64,000 nucleotides of DNA from contig CBDCXM010000002.1 in the NCBI GenBank assembly GCA_965223855.1, positions 1-64,000 on the forward strand, written 5' to 3'. Each line of letters opens with the position of its first letter. Position 1 is the first letter of the stretch. The notes beneath the pieces are model-generated. The model had not been told where the DNA came from and ran no database searches. It saw nothing but the letters and a program-made list of their open reading frames with translations. This DNA is from Candidatus Multivoradales bacterium (GTDB lineage: Bacteria > Acidobacteriota > Thermoanaerobaculia > Multivoradales > JAHEKO01). Positions 50,423 through 59,639 of this stretch are shown here, piece after piece. The position numbers and the translations under genes are program-made.

Positions 50423-50941
50423 ATGCGGAGAAAGGTACTGGCGGGATGGATCGGAGTCGTGGGGTTGCTGTCGGCGGGGGTAGCTCGCTCCGAGGGCAGA
50501 GCGGAAGTGGGGCAGAGTGCCTTCGCTGCGATCGCAGAGGCGGTCGCGAGCCTCGACGCCGAGCCGGCGACCGACTGGGAGGCGGTCAGCGTCCTCTCGC
50601 TCCGTGAGCACCTGATCGACATGGAGCAGGTCGTCCTCCGAACGGCCGTCGAGGAGGCGCCGATTCCGGGCGGCGTGAAAGTGACGGTGCGTGGGGAGGG
50701 GCGGGCGCTCGAGGCGCTTCGCAGGATGGTCCCGATGCACGTCCACATGATGCGTGGCGAGGGCGCCCCCGCCGTCGACGTCGAGCCGCTGGCGGACGGC
50801 TTCGTGCTCGAACTGACAACCGAGGGGGAGCGGGAGATCGCTCGCCTGCGCGGTCTCGGATTCTTCGGCTTCCTGGCCGCGGGCCACCATCACCGTCGTC
50901 ACCATTGGGCGCTGGTCTCCGGAGCGCCGATGCACCACTGA
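50423..50941 (+). CDS. Exported His/Met-rich hypothetical protein
   Basis: GAGGAG RBS, signal peptide, LREHLIDM, MVPMHVHMM, GHHHRRHHW and terminal MHH. Confidence 0.7.
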   Translation: MRRKVLAGWIGVVGLLSAGVARSEGRAEVGQSAFAAIAEAVASLDAEPATDWEAVSVLSLREHLIDMEQVVLRTAVEEAPIPGGVKVTVRGEGRALEALRRMVPMHVHMMRGEGAPAVDVEPLADGFVLELTTEGEREIARLRGLGFFGFLAAGHHHRRHHWALVSGAPMHH

Positions 50942-50957
50942 GCGGACCGCAGCTCTC

Positions 50958-51692
50958 TCAGCCCTGTCGTGCAACCGTGTCGGGGGTCGCTCCCGCCATC
51001 GCGGGCAGGGCCCCGAATCGCCGTTGGCGAGCGTGGAACTGCGCGAGAGCTGCGTCCAGATCCGCGAGAGCCAGGTCCGGCCACAGGGCCGGGAGGAAGA
51101 CGAGTTCCGCGTAGGCCGACTCCCACAGGAGGAAGTCGCTCAGTCTCATCTCGCCCGAAGTCCTGATCACGAGATCGACCGGAGGCGTCGCCGAGCGACC
51201 GTGAATCGCGGTCGCGAGCGCCGCCTCGAACGAAGGCCGATGCGCTCCCCGGTGCGTGAGGCGAGCGGCGCGGCGCAGAGCCTGCCGAGCCGAGTAGTCG
51301 ACGGCCAGTCTCAGGTCGAGCCGGGTGCCCGAGGCGGTGCTGCGCTCGGCCTCTTCGATCCTGCGCACGAGGCGGCCGGCGAGGCGATCCCGCCGGCCGA
51401 TGACCTCGAGTCGAACCCCCTGTTCGCGGCAGCTCACCACCTCGGTGCGGAGGAAGCGCTCGAGCAGAGCCATGAGCGCGGCGACCTCCGCTGCCGGCCG
51501 CTGCCAGTTGTCGGCGGAGAATGCGTAGACCGTCAGGGTGCGAATGCCGCGCTCGGGAGCCGCCTCGACGATCCGGCGCAGGACCTCGACCCCCCGCTCG
51601 TGGCCGGCGCTGCGGCACAGTCCGCGGTGCTCGGCCCACCGGCCGTTGCCGTCGGGTATCACGGCGACATGGAGTATAGAAGTACTTGTCAT
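50958..51692 (-). CDS. uppS: Undecaprenyl/polyprenyl diphosphate synthase
   Basis: HVAVIPDGNGRWA, YAFSADNWQRP, IRTSGEMRLSDFLLWE and RRFG motifs. Confidence 0.93.
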   Translation of the reverse strand: MTSTSILHVAVIPDGNGRWAEHRGLCRSAGHERGVEVLRRIVEAAPERGIRTLTVYAFSADNWQRPAAEVAALMALLERFLRTEVVSCREQGVRLEVIGRRDRLAGRLVRRIEEAERSTASGTRLDLRLAVDYSARQALRRAARLTHRGAHRPSFEAALATAIHGRSATPPVDLVIRTSGEMRLSDFLLWESAYAELVFLPALWPDLALADLDAALAQFHARQRRFGALPAMAGATPDTVARQG

Positions 51693-51701
51693 TGCAAAGT
51701 A
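51683..51701. promoter_or_regulatory. Palindromic operator candidate overlapping the uppS start
   Basis: TACTT-N9-AAGTA (minus strand TACTTTGCAATGACAAGTA), an AT-rich patch in a GC-rich background. Confidence 0.6.
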
Positions 51702-51720
51702 TATCTCCAAAAAAGGGGGA

Positions 51721-52119
51721 TCAGCGTGGACGGGTCGCCTCGATCAGCGACTCCATGTGGCTGAGGTAGCGGTCGAGGGCGAGCCGCCCGGCGTCCGTCA
51801 GTGAGTACTCGGTCCGGGGTTGACGCCCCTCGAAGCGCTTCTCGCAGCGTACGTAGCCGGCCTCTTCGAGCTTCCGCGCATGAACGCTCAGATTGCCGTC
51901 GCTGGTGTCGAGCAGGCGGCGCAGCTCGGTGAACGCCATCACCGGTTGTACCGCCAGTGCGCTGAGCATGCCGATGCGGATCCGACCTGAGACCAGCCGA
52001 TCGAACGACGCCGTCTCGGCGTCGGCGAGATAGCCGGAGATCGCCTCGAGCGAACGGTCGCTCGCCGGTGCCTCGCGCGGCTGGGCGCTGGCGCTGTCCG
52101 CCCGCTTCGCCTCACCCAC
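51721..52119 (-). CDS. Winged helix-turn-helix transcriptional regulator (HTH_34-like)
   Basis: RIRIGMLSAL, FTELR, SDGNLSVHARKLEEAGYV and PRTEYSLT motifs. Confidence 0.9.
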   Translation of the reverse strand: MGEAKRADSASAQPREAPASDRSLEAISGYLADAETASFDRLVSGRIRIGMLSALAVQPVMAFTELRRLLDTSDGNLSVHARKLEEAGYVRCEKRFEGRQPRTEYSLTDAGRLALDRYLSHMESLIEATRPR

Positions 52120-52732
52120 CGTGCTGCCTCGCGATGTAGGCGCCGAAGCCGAGGTGCAGTCCGCCGAAGCCGAATCCGAGAAGGGGGTCGGCGAACGAGG
52201 GGGGGAGTGCCAGAGCGAGGGCGCCGCACCCCAGGAAGGCGCCTCCGAGCACCTGTACGGAGGCTACCGAGAAGGCACCGCCGGCCATGATCGCGGCGCC
52301 GTAGAGCAGCAGCCAGAGGCCGGCGAGGATCGCGGGATCGGTACTTCCGAGTGCGAAGGTGAGGACACAGGCTGCGAATCCGGCCGGCAGAAGGCTCGAG
52401 ACGAAGCGACGTCCGACTCCATCCGAGAGCGGCTCGTCGCGCCCGCGCGCCTTGGTCACCATCGAGACGACGCCGATCGCTCCGGCGACGATCGCGGCGA
52501 GGAGCCAGACGGTGAGCCAGGCGTCGGCCGTCGCCTGCCGGGAGGCCAGGTAGGAGCCGAGGATGCCGACGGCGCCCATCGCCATCAACCCCTTGCCCGG
52601 CACCGAGGTGAACTGGCGAGCCGAGTCGATGGTCTCGCGGATGTAGCGCAGGTTGGCCGCGGCATGCTCGTGGAGCGCCGGGGTCCTGCCAGCGTCGACT
52701 GGCGCCCGAGGAGCTGGACTCGCGGTAGGCAT
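52112..52732 (-). CDS. Conserved-type 6-TM membrane protein coupled to the wHTH regulator
   Basis: LHEHAAANLRYIRETI N-terminus, WLLLYG and GFGGLH motifs; ATG at 52732; overlaps the regulator start. Confidence 0.8.
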   Translation of the reverse strand: MPTASPAPRAPVDAGRTPALHEHAAANLRYIRETIDSARQFTSVPGKGLMAMGAVGILGSYLASRQATADAWLTVWLLAAIVAGAIGVVSMVTKARGRDEPLSDGVGRRFVSSLLPAGFAACVLTFALGSTDPAILAGLWLLLYGAAIMAGGAFSVASVQVLGGAFLGCGALALALPPSFADPLLGFGFGGLHLGFGAYIARQHGG

Positions 52733-52769
52733 CTCGGAGACCCTAACCGATCTCTGTCGGTTCAACAAG

Positions 52770-52788
52770 TACTTTGCTTCTGAAAGAG
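52770..52788. promoter_or_regulatory. Second operator candidate upstream of the membrane protein-wHTH-uppS operon
   Basis: TACTTTGCTTCTGAAAGAG shares TACTTTGC...AAG with the 51683-51701 site. Confidence 0.55.
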
Positions 52789-52824
52789 GAGCTCTAAGCA
52801 CGAGCCGGTGGGTCGGCCGCGCGA

Positions 52825-53967
52825 TCAGCCGCCTGGAGTCGCCTCGTCGGCGGTCCGACGGGCGAGGCCCCGCAGCAGATCGTCCAGGGTCAGGGTGCCG
52901 ACGAGGGTTCCGGAATCGACCACCAGAAGGCGGGCCAGTCCGGATCGTCTCATCCTGCCGAGGGCGTCGAGGGCGTCGGTTCGGGGATCCACGGTGTTGG
53001 CGTCGGAACACGGCTCGGTCAGGGTGCCGACGCTCTGACGGTCCCACTCGGTGCGCGAGAGGCGGTAGGCGCTCTGTGCCGACACCAGCCCGACGAGCCT
53101 CTGATCGTCGACCACCGGGAAGCTCGCCGACTGCTGGCCCTGCGCGTAGACCGACATCATCTCGGAGATCGAGATGTGCCGCGGCACGACGACCGGATCG
53201 GGCCGCATGAAGCTGCCGACTCTCTCGCCGGCGAGCACCTGCCGCCACACGGTCTGCTGATACGAGGAGCGCGCGGCGTTGCGGACGAAGAAGCCGATGA
53301 GCACGTACCAGATGCCGGCGGCAATCGATCCGGTGGAGACGATCCTCAGGACGCCGATGCCGATCAGACCGTACGCGAACCCCTGGCCGATCACGCTGCT
53401 GACGCGGGTTGCCGAGAGCAGGTCCTTGCGCCACCACCACAGGACCGATCGCAGCATCCGTCCGCCGTCGAGCGGGAAGGCCGGCAGCAGGTTGAAAATC
53501 GCCAGTACGAGGTTCATCCTGCAGACCCACGAGATCGCCATCGACAGTTCGACTCCGCCGCCGATTGCGATGACAGCACCGGCCAGCACCCCCGCGGCCA
53601 GAGCGACCATCAGGCTGGCGACGGGCCCGGCGGCGGCGATCACGAACTCGGCGGCGGGCGTGGGCGGTTCGTCTTCGAGCTCTGCGATTCCACCGAAGAT
53701 GAAGAGCGTGATGCGGCGGGTTGCGACTCCGTACTGGCGGGCGACCAGTGCGTGAGCGAGTTCGTGGAGAAGCACCGAGGCGAAGAGGCCGAACGCCGAT
53801 ACGGCGGCCATCGCCCAGGCCGTGCGGGTCGAGATCCCAGACATCACCCGCGGGAACTCTCCCTCGGCGAGCGCGAAGGTAAGCACCGCCGCGACGATCA
53901 GCCAGCTCAGATCGAAACCGATCGAGATGCCGAACCACCGGAACAGGTGGACCCGCCCGGTTCTCAT
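52825..53967 (-). CDS. Site-2 protease (M50) with C-terminal CBS pair
   Basis: HELAH, AGP and NLLPAFPLDGGR motifs, two CBS domains; AGGAGG RBS before ATG 53967. Confidence 0.93.
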   Translation of the reverse strand: MRTGRVHLFRWFGISIGFDLSWLIVAAVLTFALAEGEFPRVMSGISTRTAWAMAAVSAFGLFASVLLHELAHALVARQYGVATRRITLFIFGGIAELEDEPPTPAAEFVIAAAGPVASLMVALAAGVLAGAVIAIGGGVELSMAISWVCRMNLVLAIFNLLPAFPLDGGRMLRSVLWWWRKDLLSATRVSSVIGQGFAYGLIGIGVLRIVSTGSIAAGIWYVLIGFFVRNAARSSYQQTVWRQVLAGERVGSFMRPDPVVVPRHISISEMMSVYAQGQQSASFPVVDDQRLVGLVSAQSAYRLSRTEWDRQSVGTLTEPCSDANTVDPRTDALDALGRMRRSGLARLLVVDSGTLVGTLTLDDLLRGLARRTADEATPGG

Positions 53968-54008
53968 GCGCCTCCTGCCCTCACTCCGTTGGCCGTTCCC
54001 GGATCGAC

Positions 54009-54227
54009 TCAGACGTCGAAGACCCGTTCCCTCTGGGAGGGCATGACGAGCCAGAGGATGAGGTAGACGAGAATGCCCGGAAAGGCGGCGGAGAGCACCG
54101 AGCCGACGACGTAGAGCACTCGCACGGTGGTCGGCCTCCAGCCCAGGAAATCGGCCAGTCCGCCGCAGACACCGGCGAGAATGCGGTGGTCGGCAGAGCG
54201 GGTGAGTCCGTTGCGTCGCATGGTCAT
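54009..54227 (-). CDS. PspC domain protein
   Basis: LTRS..RILAGVCGGLA, VR and YLILWLVMP motifs; GGAGG RBS. Confidence 0.9.
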   Translation of the reverse strand: MTMRRNGLTRSADHRILAGVCGGLADFLGWRPTTVRVLYVVGSVLSAAFPGILVYLILWLVMPSQRERVFDV

Positions 54228-54585
54228 GGAGTTCCTCCCTGGAAGCATCCGCCATGATGGCGGAGTCCTCAGAAGAAGTACGCACCAGCGGGCGTTTTAG
54301 TTCCTGTGTGCGGCTGCGATCCGGCGATCGGCCGGGTCGACGAAAAAAGGCGAGAGGCCGTCGACCTCTCGCCTGCTTCGGGGGGAAATGAAGGAGGGTT
54401 CTGAAGCTGTTGGAGCATAGCGACAACTGCATGATCTCTCCTGTGAAGCGAGTCACAACTCCCGATCGCACCCGGCGATGCCACAGGGCCGGCGAGGGAC
54501 GGTTTGCTATGGTGCGCATGAGTTCACGCCGCCGGATGGTCCGTCCGAGAGGAGCCGGCGTTGCAGGTCCCGACGGAGGTCCCAG

Positions 54586-56250
54586 ATGACGAAGACGCTA
54601 GCGCTAGCCGCCCTGACCGTCCTGCTCCCGATGGGAGGGATCGCCGCCGACGATGCCGCCGACGATCCTGGAGACGGCTTCTCTCGCGCCCGAAGGCCTT
54701 CCTCGACGCTCGCACTGAGACCGACGGCCGGCAGCCTGCCGTTCGACGGTGACTGGGGGAGCCCCTCGCCCGTGCCGACGGAGCGTCGCCACTACCGGTG
54801 GGACCCCGACGAGCTGGCCGCAGCCCGCGCGGAGGCCTACGTGAACGGCGAGATCCCCGAGGGGACGCTCCCGGGCGCGCACTCGGCGGGCGCGTCGTTC
54901 GGCAGCCGCGCTCCGGCGCGAGGCCGGACGTTCGACGGCCTCAACCGGCTCAACTCCGGTCACCTCGGTTTCACCGCCTTCCCGCCGGACCCCAACGTCT
55001 CGGTGAGCGAGACGAAGATCATCCAGGCGACCAACGTCGCTCTGCGGATGACCGACCGCCGGGGCGTCGAGATCGATCTCGTCCCCCTCAACGTCTTCTT
55101 CGGCTTCGATCGCCTGAGTCTGCTGTTCGATCCCAAGGTCTTCTACGACCGCCAGTCGGGCCGCTTCTTCATCGTGGCTCTCGAGCAGGAGGAGAACCCG
55201 CGTCGGTCCGGCATCTGGATCGCCGTATCGAGGGACTCCGACCCGGCAGCTCTCCAGGCGCCCGCCAATTTCTGCACCTATCGGATGTCGGGCAACCGCG
55301 GCGGCAGCTGGGCCGACTACCCGACGATCGGGATCAACGAGGAGTGGTTCGCGATCGCGGTCAACAACTTCCGCTTCAACGACGGCGGCTTCAAGCGGGC
55401 GCATGTCTATGTGATGCCGGTCGATCGCATCACGAACAACTCGCAGGGTTGCCCGACGCTCGGGGTGAGGCGCTTCTCGCCGCCGAGAACCTCGAACGGC
55501 GACCCGATCTTCGGCTTCCACCCGGTGCAGCACTATTCGAGTGACGTCGCCAACGGCTCGCCGCTCTACCTCGTGAGCACCGCCTTCTTCCTGCCTTCCC
55601 CCGACTACACGCTGTGGCGGATCCGCAGCGGCGGCAACGGGCTGCCGATGCTGTCGCATCAGATCGTGACCGGCGACTTCTCCTACACGTTCGCCCCGAC
55701 CGCTCCCCAGCGCGGGGGAGACCTGCTCGATACCGGGGATCCGAGGATTACTCAGGCGGCCTACCGCAACGGCAAGGTGTGGTTCGCCCACGGGACCGCC
55801 TGCTCGATCGGCGCGTTGCCCAACGAGGCCTGTATCCGGGCCGTGGAAATCGATCCGTCGGCAGGCGGTGCCGCGTCGATCGGCTTCAGCGAGACCTTCG
55901 GCCAGGCCAACGCCTTTCTGTTCTGGCCCGGTATCGCGATCAATCGCAACGGTGACGTGCTCGTCGTGTCACAGCGTTCGACCGCGGGGCAGTACCTCCG
56001 GACGGTCTTCAACGGCCGCCAGGCGGGAGCCCCCGGCTTCGACTTCCTCCGAACACTCGGCAACGGCACCTGCCCGCTCGAGAACATGGCGACCGGCGCT
56101 ACCGTCAACCGGACCGGCGACTATGTCGGCCTGCAGACCGACCCTCTCGACGACGAGGGGTTCTGGTTCACCGGGGAAGCGCCCGGCAACATCGGCTCCG
56201 GCTTCGGTTGCGACTGGAAGACCAGGATCGCGCGAGCGGAGTACCAGTAG
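54586..56250 (+). CDS. Secreted uncharacterised protein (PPD/DP..YD/DYP/RxGDY family), paralog 1
   Basis: GGAGG RBS, signal peptide; FPPDP, FDPKVFYD, WADYP and RTGDY motifs. Confidence 0.75.
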   Translation: MTKTLALAALTVLLPMGGIAADDAADDPGDGFSRARRPSSTLALRPTAGSLPFDGDWGSPSPVPTERRHYRWDPDELAAARAEAYVNGEIPEGTLPGAHSAGASFGSRAPARGRTFDGLNRLNSGHLGFTAFPPDPNVSVSETKIIQATNVALRMTDRRGVEIDLVPLNVFFGFDRLSLLFDPKVFYDRQSGRFFIVALEQEENPRRSGIWIAVSRDSDPAALQAPANFCTYRMSGNRGGSWADYPTIGINEEWFAIAVNNFRFNDGGFKRAHVYVMPVDRITNNSQGCPTLGVRRFSPPRTSNGDPIFGFHPVQHYSSDVANGSPLYLVSTAFFLPSPDYTLWRIRSGGNGLPMLSHQIVTGDFSYTFAPTAPQRGGDLLDTGDPRITQAAYRNGKVWFAHGTACSIGALPNEACIRAVEIDPSAGGAASIGFSETFGQANAFLFWPGIAINRNGDVLVVSQRSTAGQYLRTVFNGRQAGAPGFDFLRTLGNGTCPLENMATGATVNRTGDYVGLQTDPLDDEGFWFTGEAPGNIGSGFGCDWKTRIARAEYQ

Positions 56251-56358
56251 CGCAGCCGGAGCCCTGGAGCGGCTCGATCAGAGTCGCACCGGCACCGCAC
56301 CGACACGCCATTTCAGCAAGGCTTCACCAGGAAAGCTCCCACGGAAAGGACAGCTCTC

Positions 56359-58002
56359 ATGCGACGCACCCTCTGGATTCTCGCCCTGTCGATTGCAGGC
56401 ACCTCTCTCCCGGCCGTCGCCGAGGAGGACGGATTCGATCGCCCGCGACGCCCCGAAGGCTCGATGTATGTGCGCGCCTCCGAGGGAAGTCTGCCGGCCG
56501 ACGGAACCGAGTGGGATCTCGCCGACACCGCCGAGGAGCGCAAGCACTACCCCTGGAATCCCGAGCAGCTCGCAGCCGATCGCCTGAACGCATACTTCGA
56601 CCCCGACCTGCCCGAAGGCCGGATCGCCGGCACCGGAGGTACAGCCGGAGGCTCGGTGGCGACCAGTCGGGCGCCGGCCCGGGGAGTCACCTTCGAGGGG
56701 CTCAACGTCGAGACCGCGTCCTATCAGGGGCGGCTCGCCTTTCCTCCCGACGCGACGCTCGGAGCGAGCAGGGCGAGGGTTCTGCAGGGGTCGAACGTCG
56801 CGCTGCGACTGACGGACCGCAATGGCGTGGAGATCGATCGACAGCCGCTCAACAGCTTCTTCGGCTTCACCGGGCCCTCGCTGCTGTTCGACCCGAAGGT
56901 CTATTTCGACCGCATGTCGGAGCGCTTCTACGTCGTGGCGCTCGAGCAGGACGATTCTCCGCGCGCCTCGGGCATCTGGCTGGCGGTGTCGAAGGAGGCG
57001 AACCCGAACGCGCTGAGCGCCCCGTCGGACTTCTGCACCTATCGCATCCCGGCCAAGCGCGGCGCTTCGTGGGCCGACTATCCACTGATCGGAATGAACG
57101 AGGACTATTTCGTCGTCTCGGTCAACAACTTCCGCTTCAACGGCACCTTCCGCAAGGCGTTCATGTATGTCATGGAGGTCGAGGAACTCGTCGACAACGC
57201 GACGACCTGCCCCGGTCTGAGGATCCGCCGGTTCGGCCCGCCGACCGGCGCCAACGGAGAGCCGGCGTTCTCCATTCACCCGGCTCAGCACTACTCCGAG
57301 TGGACCGGCACCGGGCCGGCGCCCCTCTACGGCATCAGCGTCGCCTTCTTTCTCCCCTCGCCGGAGTACACGCTGTGGAAGATCGCGAAGATGAACGGTC
57401 AGCCGCGACTGACGAAGCAGTTGCTGACCGGCGACTTCGCCTACACTTTCGCACCTACGGCGCCGCAGAGGAACGGCTTCACCGACCTCGACGCCGGTGA
57501 TCCCAGGATCACCCAGGTGGCCTATCGCGACGGCAAGCTGTGGGCGGTGCACGGGACCGCCTGTTCGATCGGCGGATTGCCCAACGAGGCCTGCATCCGT
57601 GCCATCGAAGTCACGCCGGACGGTGGACCGCCGGCGATCACCTTCAGCGAGACGTTCGGGCGGCCCAACACCTTCCTCTTCTGGCCGGGGATCGCGATCA
57701 ACAAGCGGGGCGACGTCGCAATGGTCTTCCAGCGCTCGAAGCCGAACGGCTTCCTGGGCGTGGTCTTCAACGGCAAGCGGGCGAACGCCGGCGCCTTCGA
57801 CACGATGAGGAACCTGAGGATCGGCAACTGTGCGCTCACTCACGATCCGACAGCCGACGTCACACGGACGGGGGACTACGTCGGGATCCAGACCGATCCG
57901 CTCGACGACCTCGGCTTCTGGATGACGGGGGAGTACCCGGGACCGGTCCGGTCGCCGGCGATCTGCGACTGGAAGTCGTACATCGGTATCGCCAGGTACT
58001 GA
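56359..58002 (+). CDS. Secreted uncharacterised protein, paralog 2
   Basis: Signal peptide; colinear, long identical blocks shared with 54586-56250. Confidence 0.78.
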   Translation: MRRTLWILALSIAGTSLPAVAEEDGFDRPRRPEGSMYVRASEGSLPADGTEWDLADTAEERKHYPWNPEQLAADRLNAYFDPDLPEGRIAGTGGTAGGSVATSRAPARGVTFEGLNVETASYQGRLAFPPDATLGASRARVLQGSNVALRLTDRNGVEIDRQPLNSFFGFTGPSLLFDPKVYFDRMSERFYVVALEQDDSPRASGIWLAVSKEANPNALSAPSDFCTYRIPAKRGASWADYPLIGMNEDYFVVSVNNFRFNGTFRKAFMYVMEVEELVDNATTCPGLRIRRFGPPTGANGEPAFSIHPAQHYSEWTGTGPAPLYGISVAFFLPSPEYTLWKIAKMNGQPRLTKQLLTGDFAYTFAPTAPQRNGFTDLDAGDPRITQVAYRDGKLWAVHGTACSIGGLPNEACIRAIEVTPDGGPPAITFSETFGRPNTFLFWPGIAINKRGDVAMVFQRSKPNGFLGVVFNGKRANAGAFDTMRNLRIGNCALTHDPTADVTRTGDYVGIQTDPLDDLGFWMTGEYPGPVRSPAICDWKSYIGIARY

Positions 58003-58062
58003 GTCCGTCGCCTCCCGCCGGAGTACGGTCGGGTGGGAGGCACCGATGGTGGTTCCGAAGAC

Positions 58063-59409
58063 TCAGTCGATGTAGCCGAGGTCTCTGAGCTCTTGCACCA
58101 GCTTGGCGCTCGGGTTGACCTCGGTGCCGGTCGGGGTCTCGCGAGTGGCGAGGAGCTCCTCGAAGAGGCGGAGCAGGCGGCCGACTTCGTCCGGGTGGTT
58201 GGACGAGTCGTCCCACAGCTCTCCGGGATCTTCGTCGAGGTCGAAGAGGTGCTGCTTTCGGGAGAAGGGTCTCAGGAGCTTGAAGCTGCCCTCCCGGATC
58301 GCCGACACGCGCGCCTTGTCGACCCGGTCGAGTCTGCTGAGAACCGGCAGCGTCGGCACCTGTCGGTCGCTCCACAGAGCCGCGAGGTCGATCCCCGAGA
58401 ACTGTGACGGCGAGCGCAGCCCGAGCGCCTTGAGCACCGTCGGCGCGATGTCGATGCTGCGGACGACGGCGTCGACCCGCCTTCCCGCCTCGGCGCCGGC
58501 GGGGAACTTCACGACCAGCGGCACCGACAGAAGCTCCTCGTAGAGCGAGTGCGAGTGCCAGCCGACGAAACCGTGCTCCCCGAACTCCTCTCCATGGTCG
58601 CTCGTGAAGACGACGAGGGCTTCGTCCCACAGGCCTCGAGCCTCGAGCTCTGCGACGAGCCTGCCCACGGCGACGTCGACCTCGCGGATTTCGGCGTCGT
58701 AGGTGGCGATGATGTGAGCGAGCTCTTCCTCGCCCAGCTCCTCTTCGGAGGCGTTGATCGCCTTGATGGTCTCGACGCTGATCGCGTTCGACAGCGGTCC
58801 GTCGTACTCGTGTCCGAGTTCCGCGAGTCTCTCCGGAGCGGGGTCGTAGGGGTGGTGGACCTGATAGGTGTGCAGGAAGAGGAAGAACGGCTCCTTCCCG
58901 CCTTCGTCGAGCCACTCGAGCGTGCGGTCGACCGTCGCCTCGAAGTCGTCGGCCGCCAGCACTTCGTATGCGTCGAAGCCCTGCGTCAGTCCGAAGAGGG
59001 GGTCGAGCTGGCCTCCACCGGTGAAGGCGGCCGTCGAATAGCCTGCTTCGGCGAGCACCTCCGACAGGGTGGTCGAAGCGTCGGGTAGCGCCCGCTTGTT
59101 CTCCCATGAGGCGCCATGGTGGTGCGGAACCAGGGAGGTGAGGATCGAGGCGTGGGAAGGCAGTGTCGACGGGGCGTGAGCGAACGCCTTCTCGAAGACG
59201 ACGGACTCCCGGCAGAAGGCATCGACGTTGGGGCTCGTCGCCCTCTCGTAGCCGTAGCAGCCGAGGTGGTCGGCTCGCAGGGTGTCGATCGAGATGAGCA
59301 CGACGTTGGCGCGCGCATCCGCCTCCGGCGCCCGGGTCGAGCAGCCGATGGAGAGCACGCAAAGGAGCGGCGCAAGGAGCCGGGCTGTCGAGCGCACGCT
59401 GTTCGCCAT
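58063..59409 (-). CDS. Sulfatase-like / alkaline phosphatase superfamily lipoprotein
   Basis: Lipobox SIG-C; IDTLRADH, TLPSHAS, HHPY, SDHGEEF and C-terminal LRDLGY motifs. Confidence 0.88.
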   Translation of the reverse strand: MANSVRSTARLLAPLLCVLSIGCSTRAPEADARANVVLISIDTLRADHLGCYGYERATSPNVDAFCRESVVFEKAFAHAPSTLPSHASILTSLVPHHHGASWENKRALPDASTTLSEVLAEAGYSTAAFTGGGQLDPLFGLTQGFDAYEVLAADDFEATVDRTLEWLDEGGKEPFFLFLHTYQVHHPYDPAPERLAELGHEYDGPLSNAISVETIKAINASEEELGEEELAHIIATYDAEIREVDVAVGRLVAELEARGLWDEALVVFTSDHGEEFGEHGFVGWHSHSLYEELLSVPLVVKFPAGAEAGRRVDAVVRSIDIAPTVLKALGLRSPSQFSGIDLAALWSDRQVPTLPVLSRLDRVDKARVSAIREGSFKLLRPFSRKQHLFDLDEDPGELWDDSSNHPDEVGRLLRLFEELLATRETPTGTEVNPSAKLVQELRDLGYID

Positions 59410-59639
59410 CCGGGTCCTGTGTCGGTGCGGGTCGTCGGTGAAGCCGGGTAAGGAGGGCTCCGGGTTCCGGCACGGGTCGGTGCGGGTTCTCCGGTGCGGG
59501 TGGTGCCGGCTCGGCCGCGAGAAGCAGCGCCGAGCCGATGGCGCGCGCAGGCTAGCACAGCCTTCCCCGTCTCCCGGCGCTGGTTGCGGAGCCCTTGCTG
59601 GCGAGAGTCCCGGTGGGTTGCTACCATCGACGGCCATCG

